Below are positions 50,544-62,900 of a DNA stretch of 64,000 nucleotides, piece by piece. Numbering within the stretch: position 1 is the stretch's first letter; every line of letters starts with the position of its first letter. A model generated the notes under the pieces. That model saw nothing but the letters and a program-made list of their open reading frames with translations. It did no database searches and was not told the DNA's origin. The DNA lies in the NCBI GenBank assembly GCA_009103225.1, contig RHPI01002533.1, positions 461,368-525,367 of the forward strand, read 5' to 3'. Made by a program: the position numbers and the translations under genes. Origin of the DNA: Chlorokybus atmophyticus. Taxonomy: Eukaryota; Plantae; Mesostigma and Chlorokybus algae.

Positions 50544-51757
50544 CTACAGTTCATTGATAGCCGCCTGCATAATGCCCGCTACCCGCAGTTGGCGCGCATG
50601 GTGTCCCAAGTCAGCTCCCTGGGAGTCATCTAGGCCCAGTTTGTAGGTAGAGCAATGGTTGCCTCGCTGAATGTACATGTACTGTCGCGAATGGCAGTGC
50701 CTCAGCCGCCGTGACACCTCTTTACGCATGTCAGCAGTGTATACGTAGCTGTTGACGCAGCTGTCACAGCTATGGCTCTCATCATCAGGCCATCAAAAGG
50801 TCAACACGTAGGTGCTTGGCTCGACGCAGTTCGTCCTTGAGCTTATCGATGTGATGCTGGTTGATGACAAGCAGCACCGAACGAATTCTGCAGAGCTAGC
50901 AAAGGCCAAGGTCAACAATAGAGTTGTCATTGCACAACCTCGCGCCACATTTCCGTCACGCAGTTCCCGCCCTGCACAGAGAGCCGCTCGAGGCGGGGCG
51001 GCAACAGATTATGCAACATGGGTCCGGGTCCGCAGGCCCATAACCGGACTGTCTTGAGCGAAGTCAATGACTCCAAGGAATGCAATCGCACGTTATCAGC
51101 TACAGTAAGGTGAAGCTCCTCCAGCAACATGTCACCGGAGAACTGAACGTCACGATGCACTGCGCGATGGCTCGACACCAACGTAGCTTTCAGCGCGATA
51201 CGTTTGAGAGAACGCATGCTGCCGAACCGATGTAGATATGTGTCTTCATGCCAATGAACAGGCCTGCCTGCAATGTTCAGCCTGATTGACTGCAGCCGCG
51301 GAAGCACTACCTGCGCTGGCAGTGCTGCTCCGATGGCGCCTGAAGCCTCAGGTCTGCCGGGCAGAAAGCACCAGCACAGCTGGCGCCTCCAGCGAGTTTC
51401 CTGCCGAAAATACCTATCCCGGTCGCAGGCCATCTCGTCGTCGCTGAGGTGCTCCAGGTTCTTTGAGACATACTCCGGGGCGGAGTGAAGCAACCGGTAG
51501 ACCGAAGAGCAGCTTAGATTGCTTTGGCTGTCCTGCAGACAGCTGCGCCAGCACAGTGTGCTGTAGCAGCTGTTTGTCCACGCTGCGGGTGTCACCCGCA
51601 ACACGGCTGCGAAGCGCTTGCACACCAGCATCATACGCGCAGCCTTATACATGTCTCCCTCACATGCCGAGGACAGGATATCTCCCAGGACCCCAGCGCC
51701 AACCGCTTCCAGCAATGCGAAGGCGTCTGTGTTTTGCTGGTCGCTCGCACCGGCCAT
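50544..51757 (-). CDS. F-box-like/LRR-like protein, possibly intact
   Basis: LEAVGAGVLGDILSSACEGDMYKAARMMLVCKRFAAVL resembles an F-box. LRR-like segments follow (LPRLQSIRLN, MRSLKRIAL, LEELHL, LTSLKTVRLW, LERLSV). The 3' end needs inferred short introns. Confidence 0.6.
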
Positions 51758-53221
51758 CTGCAACGTCCATCCTCATCAGGATGGACCGAGACACACAAGC
51801 ACGTGCTCTCACGCGGGTTCGCTCACACATGTGTGCACAGCAGTATAGAATGACACGCCACCAACAGCCATATTGTATAGAAACTGCTGCGATCTCAAGG
51901 AAGTGGAAGCTGTTCTGCAGTCAAATGCATGGGTGCGCAGCTGTCAGCTATGCACCCATGCACTGGATGGGGCTACAGATAATGCGTTCAGCACTGTTTG
52001 GGCATGGTTCAGTAACCGGCAAAGCTCTGATTGCAACAATTACAATGTACATCTGCGCCTATGAGATTCTCGGAACACATGATCGTACTAGTCGACAGTA
52101 AGTCACTGCCACAGTGACGTATTTCCAGTCGGACTGGGAAGGCATGCACGCCGGCATTGCATGCACGCAGCTGTAGCCATAAGACCCACCAGAACGCCAA
52201 CACTTGCCATGACAGATTGCATTGAAGGGTCAGGTCATAGCAGTATGCGTACAAACACCACGCGGCACGCGGCATTACGTGCATGTTCAGTGCTCATACA
52301 GGGCCAAGGCAGCAGCTAGCAGACAACCAGGCCAACACCAGTGCCAAACAGGTCAAGGAAAACCCTCACAGAACCACTGCATATTGAGCAAGCGGCAGCG
52401 ACACAAACGGGCAACAGCGCTATGAGCAGCACGGCAGCGCCGCTGGAGACCGGTTATGCAAAACCCACCTACCTGAACACTACAGGCGGGCTGACACAGC
52501 ACCAACGCCGCTGCTTGTGCGTTTAGGCCGCTTTGAGCTCTGCGTCTGGACGCAGCAACCGAGCAACCCGCGCCCTCGCCTACGACTGCCACCGCCGCCT
52601 GCGCCCAAGCAGCAATGACTACAGCGTACTTGACATCTGCTGCTGGGGCAATGCTTCACTTCACTCTGCTTCGGAGTGGAGTCCGCAAGTAGGTTAGCAA
52701 GTACAATCCAAGGTGGGCATGCATGCGCAAAACCAAGCAGTCGTCCAACTCCAAGTGCAGCTCTGGTAGTGCCTCTTATTACACATCTATGTGCACGTGA
52801 GAGAGCACACCGTGAGCTTGGGGGAGAAGAAGAAAAGAAACTTACGGTGTGCTACAATGCCAAGTTGGCAGTGCAGGCCACAATCAATGGTTAGTTTCCT
52901 TGCAGGTGTGTATGCTTGGTGGGTGGTTGCGTAGCAAGTTTGAAGATTCCCCTTGTACATTTGTATGCGATGTGTCATCACGTACGCTTGCTGGCAGAGG
53001 AAAGGCCCCCTACCGGCAATGTGTTGATGCTGAATGCTATGCATGGCATGCTTGACACCCCTAAAGCAGCGAGTGTATCGTTGACTCGACGACACCTGTG
53101 CGAGGGGTGTCCCGGTGCAGTAAGTGCACGAACAGACAACCTAAGCAGCCACCTCAGCAAAGCCATCTTGTCCTCCACTGTGTCCAGTGCACTAAGTACA
53201 CTGTACTCGGTGTGGCTCATC

Positions 53222-53223
<2 letters not shown>

Positions 53224-53276
<53 letters not shown>

Positions 53277-53837
53277 NNNNNNNNNNNNNNNNNNNNNNNN
53301 NNNNNNNNNNNNNNNNNNNNNNNNNNNNNNNNNNNNNNNNNNNNNNNNNNNNNNNNNNNNNNNNNNNNNNNNNNNNNNNNNNNNNNNNNNNNNNNNNNNN
53401 NNNNNNNNNNNNNNNNNNNNNNNNNNNNNNNNNNNNNNNNNNNNNNNNNNNNNNNNNNNNNNNNNNNNNNNNNNNNNNNNNNNNNNNNNNNNNNNNNNNN
53501 NNNNNNNNNNNNNNNNNNNNNNNNNNNNNNNNNNNNNNNNNNNNNNNNNNNNNNNNNNNNNNNNNNNNNNNNNNNNNNNNNNNNNNNNNNNNNNNNNNNN
53601 NNNNNNNNNNNNNNNNNNNNNNNNNNNNNNNNNNNNNNNNNNNNNNNNNNNNNNNNNNNNNNNNNNNNNNNNNNNNNNNNNNNNNNNNNNNNNNNNNNNN
53701 NNNNNNNNNNNNNNNNNNNNNNNNNNNNNNNNNNNNNNNNNNNNNNNNNNNNNNNNNNNNNNNNNNNNNNNNNNNNNNNNNNNNNNNNNNNNNNNNNNNN
53801 NNNNNNNNNNNNNNNNNNNNNNNNNNNNNNNNNNNNN

Positions 53838-53894
<57 letters not shown>
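53224..53894. repeat. (GA)n microsatellite interrupted by an assembly gap (N 53277-53837, 561 nt)
   Basis: GA runs at 53224-53276 and 53838-53894 flank the Ns. Confidence 0.98.
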
Positions 53895-53896
<2 letters not shown>

Positions 53897-54501
53897 TGTT
53901 GTTTTCATATGACTGACATTTTGCATACTCCAGCTTTGTGCATGAGTGCTCTGCAAGCATAACTTCTTCAGTGCAAGCAGGTGTAACTTGCTTGCACACT
54001 CCACCGAGAAGCAGAGTGAAGCACAGTAAAATATTGCATAACAGCTGTAGCTGTAGCAGACAACAAGCGAATGCAAAGTTCTGTGCTTCCCTCATCCTTG
54101 TACCGCCGCAAGTGCAGTGCAGGGGTCTTGTCACACTGGCAGAAGGTAGAGAGCAGGCGAGGGCGGCGGGTTAACAAGTTACTCCATCCAGGTGCAGCCT
54201 GCAAAAATAGCCTGAACGACCAAGCATGCACTGCATCAAGCCAATCACCTGTACGTGGTGACTTTTTCACCAGTTGGCATTGAGGCTGAGAGCAACAGCT
54301 ATATGCATGCGTACGCACCTGCAATTAAAAACGACTACGAGCTTGGACATTGTGGGCCATCGCTCATGGGCGGTACTCCTTCCTTCAATGCTAATGGGCG
54401 TCAAGTACGAGACACAAAGAGCTGGACACCTGTTTGACTTTGCCCATGCATGCTCACCAGGCAGCACTTGCTGCAGTCAGTTTGTGACTGCATACCGGCC
54501 T

Positions 54502-54744
54502 GCAGCCGCAGCATTTTGTACATGCCATCTGGTGTCCAGTAGCTGTGTGCAGGGGTTCAAACTCTCAAGACAGTATTCAAATTTGCACCCTGCATGACTA
54601 TTGATGTTGATCTGTACATGCCCAGCAGCCGCAGCGTTTTATACCTGCCATCTGGTGTCCAATGGCTGTGTGCAGGGGTTCAAGCTCTTAAGACAGTGTT
54701 CGAATTTGCACCTTGTATGACTACTGATGTTGATCTGTACATGC
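54502..54744. repeat. Two-copy tandem duplication with 123-bp period
   Basis: GCAGCCGCAGC at 54502 and 54625, CTGTGTGCAGGGGTTCAA at 54543 and 54666, GATGTTGATCTGTACATGC at 54603 and 54726. Confidence 0.93.
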
Positions 54745-55156
54745 AACACCTCACTGAGGTGCTCATATTCACGTAGACAACGACCAACCCTGTGGCTAAG
54801 CTGTTGTCACGATGGTACACATGTCATTGCATGAGAGCATGAATGCGCGCACTGCTATCATGCCGCCGTTGCTGGCGGATGTTGCTGATCAGCGTCCAGC
54901 CCTGGAACAATGCACCATATGCCTAATGCCACCGCCTACTTACATGGCACACACATTGGTCCATCCTACAACTTGCTTACACTGCGGCCTGATAGGGACT
55001 GAGCTACGCGACAATAACAACCTTGGCTTGCAACAATGATCACCGAGTTAGTAACAGTTGTAAGGACATCGAGTGCATGATGACCGCCGAAGCACCAGTA
55101 GCACTGCATGTTCCGCCTGGTCCCATTGAACCTCTTTAAACAACTCTCGGCTTTTG

Positions 55157-58100
55157 TCATGAAGCCTGCGACTCGGGTAGTGTGAAAACATAGGAATCCC
55201 ACAGTGACAAGATGCTGATGGGTGTCGCCCATTCCGGCAAAGCATGCTCGATGGCATCCATACTCTCGCTCGCGCCTTGCATGAAGTGCGTGCCGACAGC
55301 CGCGGCAAAAGCATGTCTGTCATCCAAGGGAGTTTCGAGCCAAAACTCAACCTCGTGCATGACAGGTTCCCGGAAGACATCAACGCCGGCTTTGGCTTTG
55401 GAAGCCGACAGCAGCTGTGCGATCGCCTCGTCTTCAGAGGCAACCGATGCGAAATGTGCATCAGCCCCAATGACAAAGTACAAAAAGTATGCGTCGCCAG
55501 GACCTGGAGCATGTGGCTTTCCCGCATTGAGTGACCACGCCTCTATACTGGTGTTGGAGCTGATGTACATTGTAACGTGCGTGGCGGTGGTGCGGTCCAG
55601 CGCGTAACTGAGCCTGAAGTGTAACCGCTGTCGCCTGGTTGCGGAGTTGTAGACAGCGTTATGAAGAGTAAGTGTCGCAGCTGGATGTGGCAAAGGAGGT
55701 GCTGGCAAGTAGAAGCCTCTCCTGTACCACAACAAGGCAATATCGTCGGTTGTGTGCTGCGGTGTGGCACATGGCACCTTGCTTATGCACGGGTGCAAGT
55801 AGAACAGCTCAAAACTTACCTGCACATATCGCGAACGGGCAACAAAAAGGGCTGATTGCAGTATATGCCTGGACAATCCACCAGCGCCGTTCTTTTTGCA
55901 AGCATGGCAGTTAGCTCCGGGTCACCATGCTGCAGCAGAGTTGCCAGCTGGTTGTAGTCCAAGACATTAAGCCAGATCCCAGAGTCCTGCATATGAACCT
56001 CGTCGTTGACGTGGAACGTGCGCGTAACGTGCTGCAGCAAGAACCGCTGCGCTCTGTCCACGCTGTATGGATGGATGATGGACGCAGCGGCAAGGCCGAG
56101 CAGGGTGAGCAAGCCCAGCTGGCGGGAAGTGCGCCAGAGGGCTTCATCGTTCAGGCAGTGCAGGGCATGCCATGCGCTGACCGTTGCCAGCACCACAAGC
56201 ACGCCGACCAGCGTGCCAACGAGAATGTCCGAGGGCACGTTCGAGCCAGCTCTCGCCACCATGGCGATGAAAAACCGTACCATGGTGTTGTTCACAGTTG
56301 CGGCCAGCAGGGCTGCAGGAAGCAGTGAGATTGCCCGAAGGGTTCGTGAATTGGGTGCCAACATGTATGCGAGTCCCGGCCACAGGACGCCATGCAGCAG
56401 CAAGTAGGCAGATCGCAGGCGGGTCCACGTCAAGACAGCCAGCAAGGCCAACTGCAAAGCCATCACCCATTTCCAAGTGTCACCCTCCCATCTGCGCAGA
56501 CGCTCGTGGCCGGCGCTTGAATCCTTTGATACACCACGTGCGATTGCTTGTGTGGTCACAATTGCCCATAAGCTTGGTGCCACAAACAGGGCTGCTGCCA
56601 ATGCAGGCGTAGCCAGCCATGTCATGCGCACGTGGGCTACCATAAGAGCGCAGCTGACTGCGATTGGCGCCAGCAACCCTGCTGCTGCACTTAGAAGGAC
56701 TGCACACAGAGCATCAACCTTGGGAGCGCCTCGCTTTGGTCCAAACCACCAACCTGAATAGTGGGCGCAAGCTGATCGTTAATTGCAGTGTTACATGGTG
56801 AGGCCGGAAGCACAGGCCAACGTGCCTGCATGGGCATACATGTGCAGAGCATTGCAGACTGACAGTCTGTCTCAACTTGCCTTGTGGATGCAAAGCAGAG
56901 AGAAATGCTACTGAAAGCAGAACGGTTGCAACTGAGGTCGCCGTTGGCACGGAGTAAGCAACTTGTATAACGCCAACTACGTCGTAGAATACAGCATCGT
57001 CGGTTCGACTTGTATCATTCATGGGGATTGACCCATTCATGTAAGGACTGCAAACAAGGGTTGTAAGCACAAAGCACAAGAAGACCTCATTCAGGGCAAC
57101 AGCGGTTGAGGTTGGGTAAGACATGGCTAGATATGTGATTGCCAATACGCGGGGTAGGAGGATGTTCAGCATGGCCAAAGTGCTTGTTGCTCTTCCATGC
57201 CTTCTTACAAGCGCTGTTGTCACAGCGAGCAGGTTGTCGCCACAGTGTTGCAAGGAGCCAGCAGGCAGGGAGTGTGGCGTGTCAAGTATGGTGTGGTATG
57301 TGTACCCGTTGCTCACATACGCCCAGTCCATTCCTGGGATATGCCCAAAGTCGCGGAACATGCGGAAATCAGTGTCGGAAGGTATGACTCCCGACTCGAA
57401 AACCTCCTGAGAGATGACCACAGCCGCAGGATGAGCCGCATGCTTAGCGTATACTTCAGCCAGCCAGCGGTTGTGTGGACCGAGTTGAAACACTGTGGAG
57501 TGTCCACCGCCACCTGCTGCTTCCAGGTTGATGAAGGCACGCACTGAGCTGCTCCACTTGTGACTTGTGATAAATCCATGCGATGCCTGATGACAAGCAA
57601 AGCAAGTCAGGAACACGAGTGAAAGCGAATGCTGGAATGCTGGAGTTGCAATTAAGCCACACAGCGCTTCCTTACTGTGCAATTACAGCCGCAAACATTG
57701 CCATGGAAGTAAAGGTCCATAAGGTTACTGCTGCTCTACCTGCATAATGACTTCCTCGGCACCATTCCATAGGAGTATTACAGAGGAGGTCGCATCCTGC
57801 GGCCAGTTGGACACAAGAGCGCGTGCAACCTCCAGCATGACAGCAACATTGGCACCATCATCCGCAGCACCTCTCACATCCGGGAACGCATCAAAGTGGG
57901 ACGATACCAACAACGAGTTGGCCTGCACAGAAACTGCTCTTAGACCGCAGGCAACAACCCTTTGCTGCATGTGCGGTTCAGAATAATAACAGTGCATGTC
58001 ATTGGCTCACTTCAGTGAATGTAGCATGCAGGCAGCATAGAAAGCAACCTTAGATGGGTGATCAGCGCCTTTGCCTGATATGCGAAGAGCGAGGTTGGTC

Positions 58101-59277
58101 ACATTGTGATAAACACCTGCATGACATAGTTGGTCAGCGTCAAATTCACTCTTGCAACTTGAGCTTGTCATTGAACTTAACCCTCACCCAACCTGTAAAT
58201 GCAGCATTGTGCAGAAAGCTTATGGACACGCTGCCTGAAGCACGCTGCAAGGACAGCTCGACGTCCAAAATAGGTGGTGCAGAAGCAACAATCTCCGACA
58301 ACTCGCGCGCAATATAACCTGCCAATGGTGCATGCAGAAATGAAGTGGCTGCTGTGAAGCCATTATTGTCTTCGCAACGCCAACCTACCTGCTGCAAAGA
58401 CCTCGCAATCATACGACCCGACTACTCTTTGGACGCTGGCCAGCGTCTCCAGATGTGACCAGCTGCGCTCTTCGCTGAAAACATCGGCAGGTGCTGTGCG
58501 TGCAACTGGCTTTGGCAATATCCCACCTCTGATAAACTGCACAAAACACCAGCCAAGAAAGAGGACACAATCTCTGAGCACCTTGTGAGCAACCAATCAC
58601 TACGCACAATGTAAGCAGTAGGAGACTCTCCACTGGAGAGTGGGCGAGTACTTGCCAAATGCAAATACAAACCTATTGTTGATGCTTATCAAGTCATGCC
58701 CACGCAAGCCACAGTCAAGCAACAACCATCCTCCATGCACGAGGTCATGGTGGACAAACCCGGTGCCCATGCACAGGTAAACTCTTAACCTATTGCAACA
58801 GAATCGGTGCATACAGCTTTCGCAGGCTCCACGTCTTAAGAGCTTGAGCTGGTTTTGCTTGCTCAATTTTCAATGACGTGACTAAACGCTCGGTCTTAGG
58901 ATAAATTGCTACACGCGTTCGACTCACTGCCGTTATTAGGAATACATGACCTCTGAAACAAACACCGTGCCAGGTGCAGCAAAAGAGGTAAGCTGGCTAT
59001 TTGTAAGCACCGTCGTTCAAACTGGCTTAGCCCAAACATGGCAATCACACAGTGTAACACCCTCAAAGAAGACACAGACCGTCGAACACAGTAAAGCAGA
59101 GCGCAGCCAAACCCCAACGACAAGCTAGCCTGTCTGCTAGCGGCAAGCTCTCACATGCACAATGGAGGCCGCAATCAGCACCGCTAGGACGCCCGCAGCG
59201 TACCAGCCCGAGGGCTCCTCCTCCTGCGCCTTGTTATCAGGACGCCCCGTGGCGGCATGGCCGTCCTGCTGAGCCAT
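55157..59277 (-). CDS. ERMP1: ER metallopeptidase 1-like (peptidase M28, multi-pass membrane)
   Basis: [23 protein letters not shown]...[24 protein letters not shown]...[56 protein letters not shown], then TM block and luminal tail. Confidence 0.93.
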
Positions 59278-59808
59278 CGCACCGCCGCCACCGCCGCCGC
59301 CGCCTGTGCAGCTCCATGCAACGGCTGCCAAAACCAAGCGGTGGTGAAAACTGTCAACTCTCAATGTAAAAACGGGAGAGGCATTCTGTGTGTCGCAATC
59401 ATTGCGTCACTTTCGCGTCGGCTTTTCTGTCTGCGTTGAATCGGACTCCCGCCTCGACGACGGCAGATGCGGGCTGTCGCATGCGGGTCTGACGCGGAGT
59501 CCCATGCGGTAGCCCACCATGGTGCATGGTATAGCTGGCACTATGCAAGAGTGTTGCAAATTGCCATGCTTCATGTAAAGCAACAAATGCAAACGGAGGT
59601 TTGTTCCCTATACGCGCCATACATGCAGAACGAACAAAGAACGTCCTTTCTAATCATCATTTCGTTTTACTTTTAAACCACCAACGTGAGAACGAACAAG
59701 AAACGTTTTTTATTCGTTTTTTTTCCATAACATAATCGCTATGTTTCAACCCTACAAGGCACACACTTGTCAGGTGTACACGAGAAGATGCTGTGCGTGT
59801 ACACTGTA

Positions 59809-59883
59809 CACGCTATGCTTATATACACGCAGATCATCATCCAATTTTAGCATGATGATCTGCGTGTATATAAGCATAGCGTG
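59809..59883. repeat. Perfect 32-bp-stem hairpin
   Basis: CACGCTATGCTTATATACACGCAGATCATCAT (59809-59840) is the exact reverse complement of 59852-59883; 11-nt loop CCAATTTTAGC. Confidence 0.97.
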
Positions 59884-59993
59884 AACATGCTCCAACCATG
59901 CACGTAAGGATGTTCGTGTTTTGTTGCGAGCTTGATGGTTTGAGTGTGGATTTGCATACACTATGCCCATGCCATACATGGTTATGCTGACTT

Positions 59994-60095
59994 GGGGAAT
60001 GTAACGGAGTGCTACCGCTATGCGGTTCCCCGCCCTTGTTTAATGAGAAATAAGGGCGGGGAACCGCATAGCGGTAGCACTCCGTTACATTCCCC
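59994..60095. repeat. Perfect 44-bp-stem hairpin; its 60000-60089 core is a TGTAAC...GTTACA LTR-like element next to a polypurine tract
   Basis: Arms 59994-60037 and 60052-60095 are exact reverse complements; 14-nt loop. On the minus strand the PPT AAGTGGGGGGGAA (60102-60090) directly precedes TGTAAC. Confidence 0.95.
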
Positions 60096-61754
60096 CCCAC
60101 TTAAGTTTCAATGTCCTCATTGAAGGGTTAGCACGGCCCCACCGTGAGCACTGAAAAACTGAGTGAGAAAAAGAACCAGGGCCGAAGCGGCAAAGATGTC
60201 TGCCAGCACCCTTTTACCGTCCGCGAGCGGACACATCACTCCAGTACGCCCGAAGAATCTCTTGGCAGTTGGTAAGATTTTCGGGTTCCCACGTGTTCTG
60301 TTCAACACCATACTCTTTCCATTTCACCAAGTCAGTTGGTGCACGTCCGCGTCGGGGCTTACGGTGACTCAAAATTGTTTCCACCTCGTACTCAAAAGTA
60401 TCATTGCCATCCACTGCGACAAGGGGTGGAGGAGGTTGAACCCGACCGTCTGAACGGTACAGATTCAGTTTACTCACATGAAACACATCATGTATACATA
60501 TGGAATGTGGTAACTTCAAACGATACGCGTGAGTGCCGACCCGATCAACCACTTTGAAGGGGCCTATCCAGCGAGGGAAAAACTTTCCGATACCCACTCC
60601 CTTAATGGATATGTTTTCAGTGCTCCAAAGCACCGAATTTCCCACATCATAGTCGGCCTGCCTACGATGCTTATTCGCTTGGGCTTTCTGTCTGTCTTGC
60701 GCTGCGCGCAGACAGCTCTTTGCCAACGTTAACCTGTCTTGCATGGCCGCAGCCATCTCGCGCGCTGCAGGCACGCGAGTCAAGTCGTTAGCCGGCAACT
60801 TAATACTCGCAGGACTTTGTGGATGCACTCGGTAATTAAAAAAAAACGGAGTTTCCTACACACTCTCTTGCCATGCATTGTTAATCGCGAACTCAGCCAT
60901 TGGAAGGTCAATATCCCAATCAGACTGCATCGGACTCAAATAATGCCGAATGGTTTCCTCAATCACTTGATTGGCGCGTTCAGTCTGACCATTAGTCTGC
61001 GGATGATAAGCAGTACTTATGTGCTGCTGTATCTGCAGAAGTTGCATAGCGACTTTCAAAACTGAGCCATAAACCTCGGGTCACGGTCAGAGACAATGTT
61101 GCGAGGTAAGCCAAGCAACTTGAACAATGACGCGACAAAAACCATCGCTAGATCACGGGAGCCTATCTCCGTACGGCAAGGAACAATGTGAACCATTTTG
61201 GTCAAACGATCCACAAATACTGCAACCGCAGTATGACCCAACGCTGTTTCAGGGAGCTCAGTGATAAGGTCCATACTCACACTTTCCCGCTTACTGTCAG
61301 GAACTGGTAACGGCCGCAGTAGCCCAGCGGGCTTTTTACGTAACGGTTTGTCACGCTGACATTTGTCACACGTGTCCACATACCGTTTCACATCAGCAGG
61401 CAACGATGGCCACCAATACAACTGTTGCGCTGCCTTCGTGGTCTTGCGACTACCAAAGTGTCTAGCGTAAGGTGGATCATGTATATCCGCTATGCATTTT
61501 ACACGAAGTTCAGCATGAACAGGTATCATCAAACTGTTGCTTATGTAGTACAGATTGTCACGTTTGTTAAACTTTTGTAAGTTGTCTGCAATAGAAAAGC
61601 ACGGTTTAAAGTGTACCCCTGTACAACGGTTTGCACAAGCTCATCATCGGGAGACAATGTGCTGCGTGTCGCAAGTAATTGCGCGCGCATCACCGCTAGT
61701 ATTGATGGGCAGCGACTTAAAGGGTCAGCCACATTCGTTCTGCCTGGCCAATAC
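60090..61754 (-). mobile_element. Ty3/gypsy chromovirus fragment A: end of RNase H, integrase and chromodomain, degenerate
   Basis: QYWPGRTNVADPLSR; H..P...H/C..CQ zinc-binding region; SVSMDLIT, IVSDRDPRF, STAYHPQTNGQTERANQ; PRWIGPF; chromodomain YEVETIL...VKWKEYGVEQNTWEP. Stops and frameshifts present; PPT at 60090-60102. Confidence 0.95.
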
Positions 61755-62281
61755 TGTAACAGCACTACCGTCGCCGGTGATGCCCCTTCAATCCTCTACC
61801 CCAACACCTACACCGCCTATGACAAGCCTTTCAGCGGCGTGGCCGCCACTGAGCAGAGAACTGAAAGTGAGGTCACATCAATTTTATGTGACCTTTTATA
61901 TCAAGAGTATATTAAATATGCTCCTCTCGATAATTAACTCACAACTAGACATCGACCCTACAGATAGGGTATTTAGGAAATTTAGCGTGAGCCAATCACA
62001 GCTCAGATAAGGTACCTATTGATAAGGTACCTATCGAAAGATACCTATCATAAGGTACCTAACGAGATTGTGATTACATTTTATCAAATGTCACACTACA
62101 TAGGCTTGAGTAAGCGTTTCTACACCCATTGAGACTTTTTTAAGCTATGATAAAGCATCATAGCCTTTGATTAGCGAGGCACCGTAGAAAAGAGGTATAA
62201 ATAAGCATAATTAAAAACTAATTCATACAGAATGTGTTATTTTGTAGCAATAATACCCCTATTATTATTGCTCCCGTTACA
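61755..62281 (-). mobile_element. 527-bp LTR of chromovirus fragment B
   Basis: Minus strand begins TGTAAC (62281) right after PPT AAGTGGGGGGGGA and ends GTTACA (61755). AT-rich; abuts the pol sequence of element A. Confidence 0.88.
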
Positions 62282-62900
62282 TCCCCCCCCACTTAGGTTT
62301 TTAACGTCCTCGTTGAACTCAAGTTGATCAGGCCTAATTTCAAGTAATTGTAACCAATAACATAGCAGGAAATGACAGGGTGGTAATGAAACTGCACTGC
62401 CAGTCTGTCATCAACCAAGCCCACAATTTCACGGGTCGGGATGTGTGTCCCAATAAGCTCGAAGCAACTTGCGGCAGTGCGTAAGATGCCTGTCGGGCTC
62501 CCAACTGTTATGTTCCGGGCTATACCCTTTCCATTTCACCAAATAGCGGGTTGCGCGTCCCCGACTATTCAGCTTATGGTTAAAAATAGTTTCCACCTCG
62601 TATTCGAGCTCGCTGTTCACCTCAACCGGTGGTGGTGGAGGCTGTGTTCTATCGTCTGAGCGGTATGGTTTTAACAAGTTCACGTGGAACACGTTGTGTA
62701 TACGCACACTTGGGGGCAATTGCAGTCGATAAGCGTGCGTACCAACTTTATCAGTGATACAGAAAGGACCTAGCCATCGGGGCAGCAACTTGCGAGCACC
62801 CGTACCTTTGATGGTCATGTTCTTTGCGTTAAGCAAAACTCTATCGCCGACATGGAAAGTGGCCATTCTTCGATGTGTATCAGCATAAGCTTTTTGCCTG
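62282..62900 (-). mobile_element. Ty3/gypsy chromovirus fragment B: integrase C-terminus and chromodomain, 5'-truncated
   Basis: DRQKAYADTHRR..FHVGDRVLL, KLLPRWLGPF, RIHNVFHVNLLKPY, YEVETIFNH..YLVKWKGYSPEHNSWEP, then PPT. Similarity ends abruptly near 62900. Confidence 0.93.

Noticed and set aside
50880-50960. Frameshift and stop making the right F-box copy a pseudogene
   Set aside because: Both paralogs show the same frame step before a conserved AG, better explained by a short intron.
52916-54134. Long ERER/LSLS ORFs
   Set aside because: Artefacts of the GA microsatellite and the N gap; the same applies to ORFs over 573-618.
54502-54744. CRISPR array
   Set aside because: Two contiguous diverged units without spacers, in eukaryotic DNA; no CRISPR, tRNA or rRNA was recognised anywhere in the window.
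54812-55039. RING/zinc-finger ORF (CTIC...CLHC)
   Set aside because: Incomplete ligand set; lies in the probable ERMP1 3' UTR on the opposite strand with no supporting exons.
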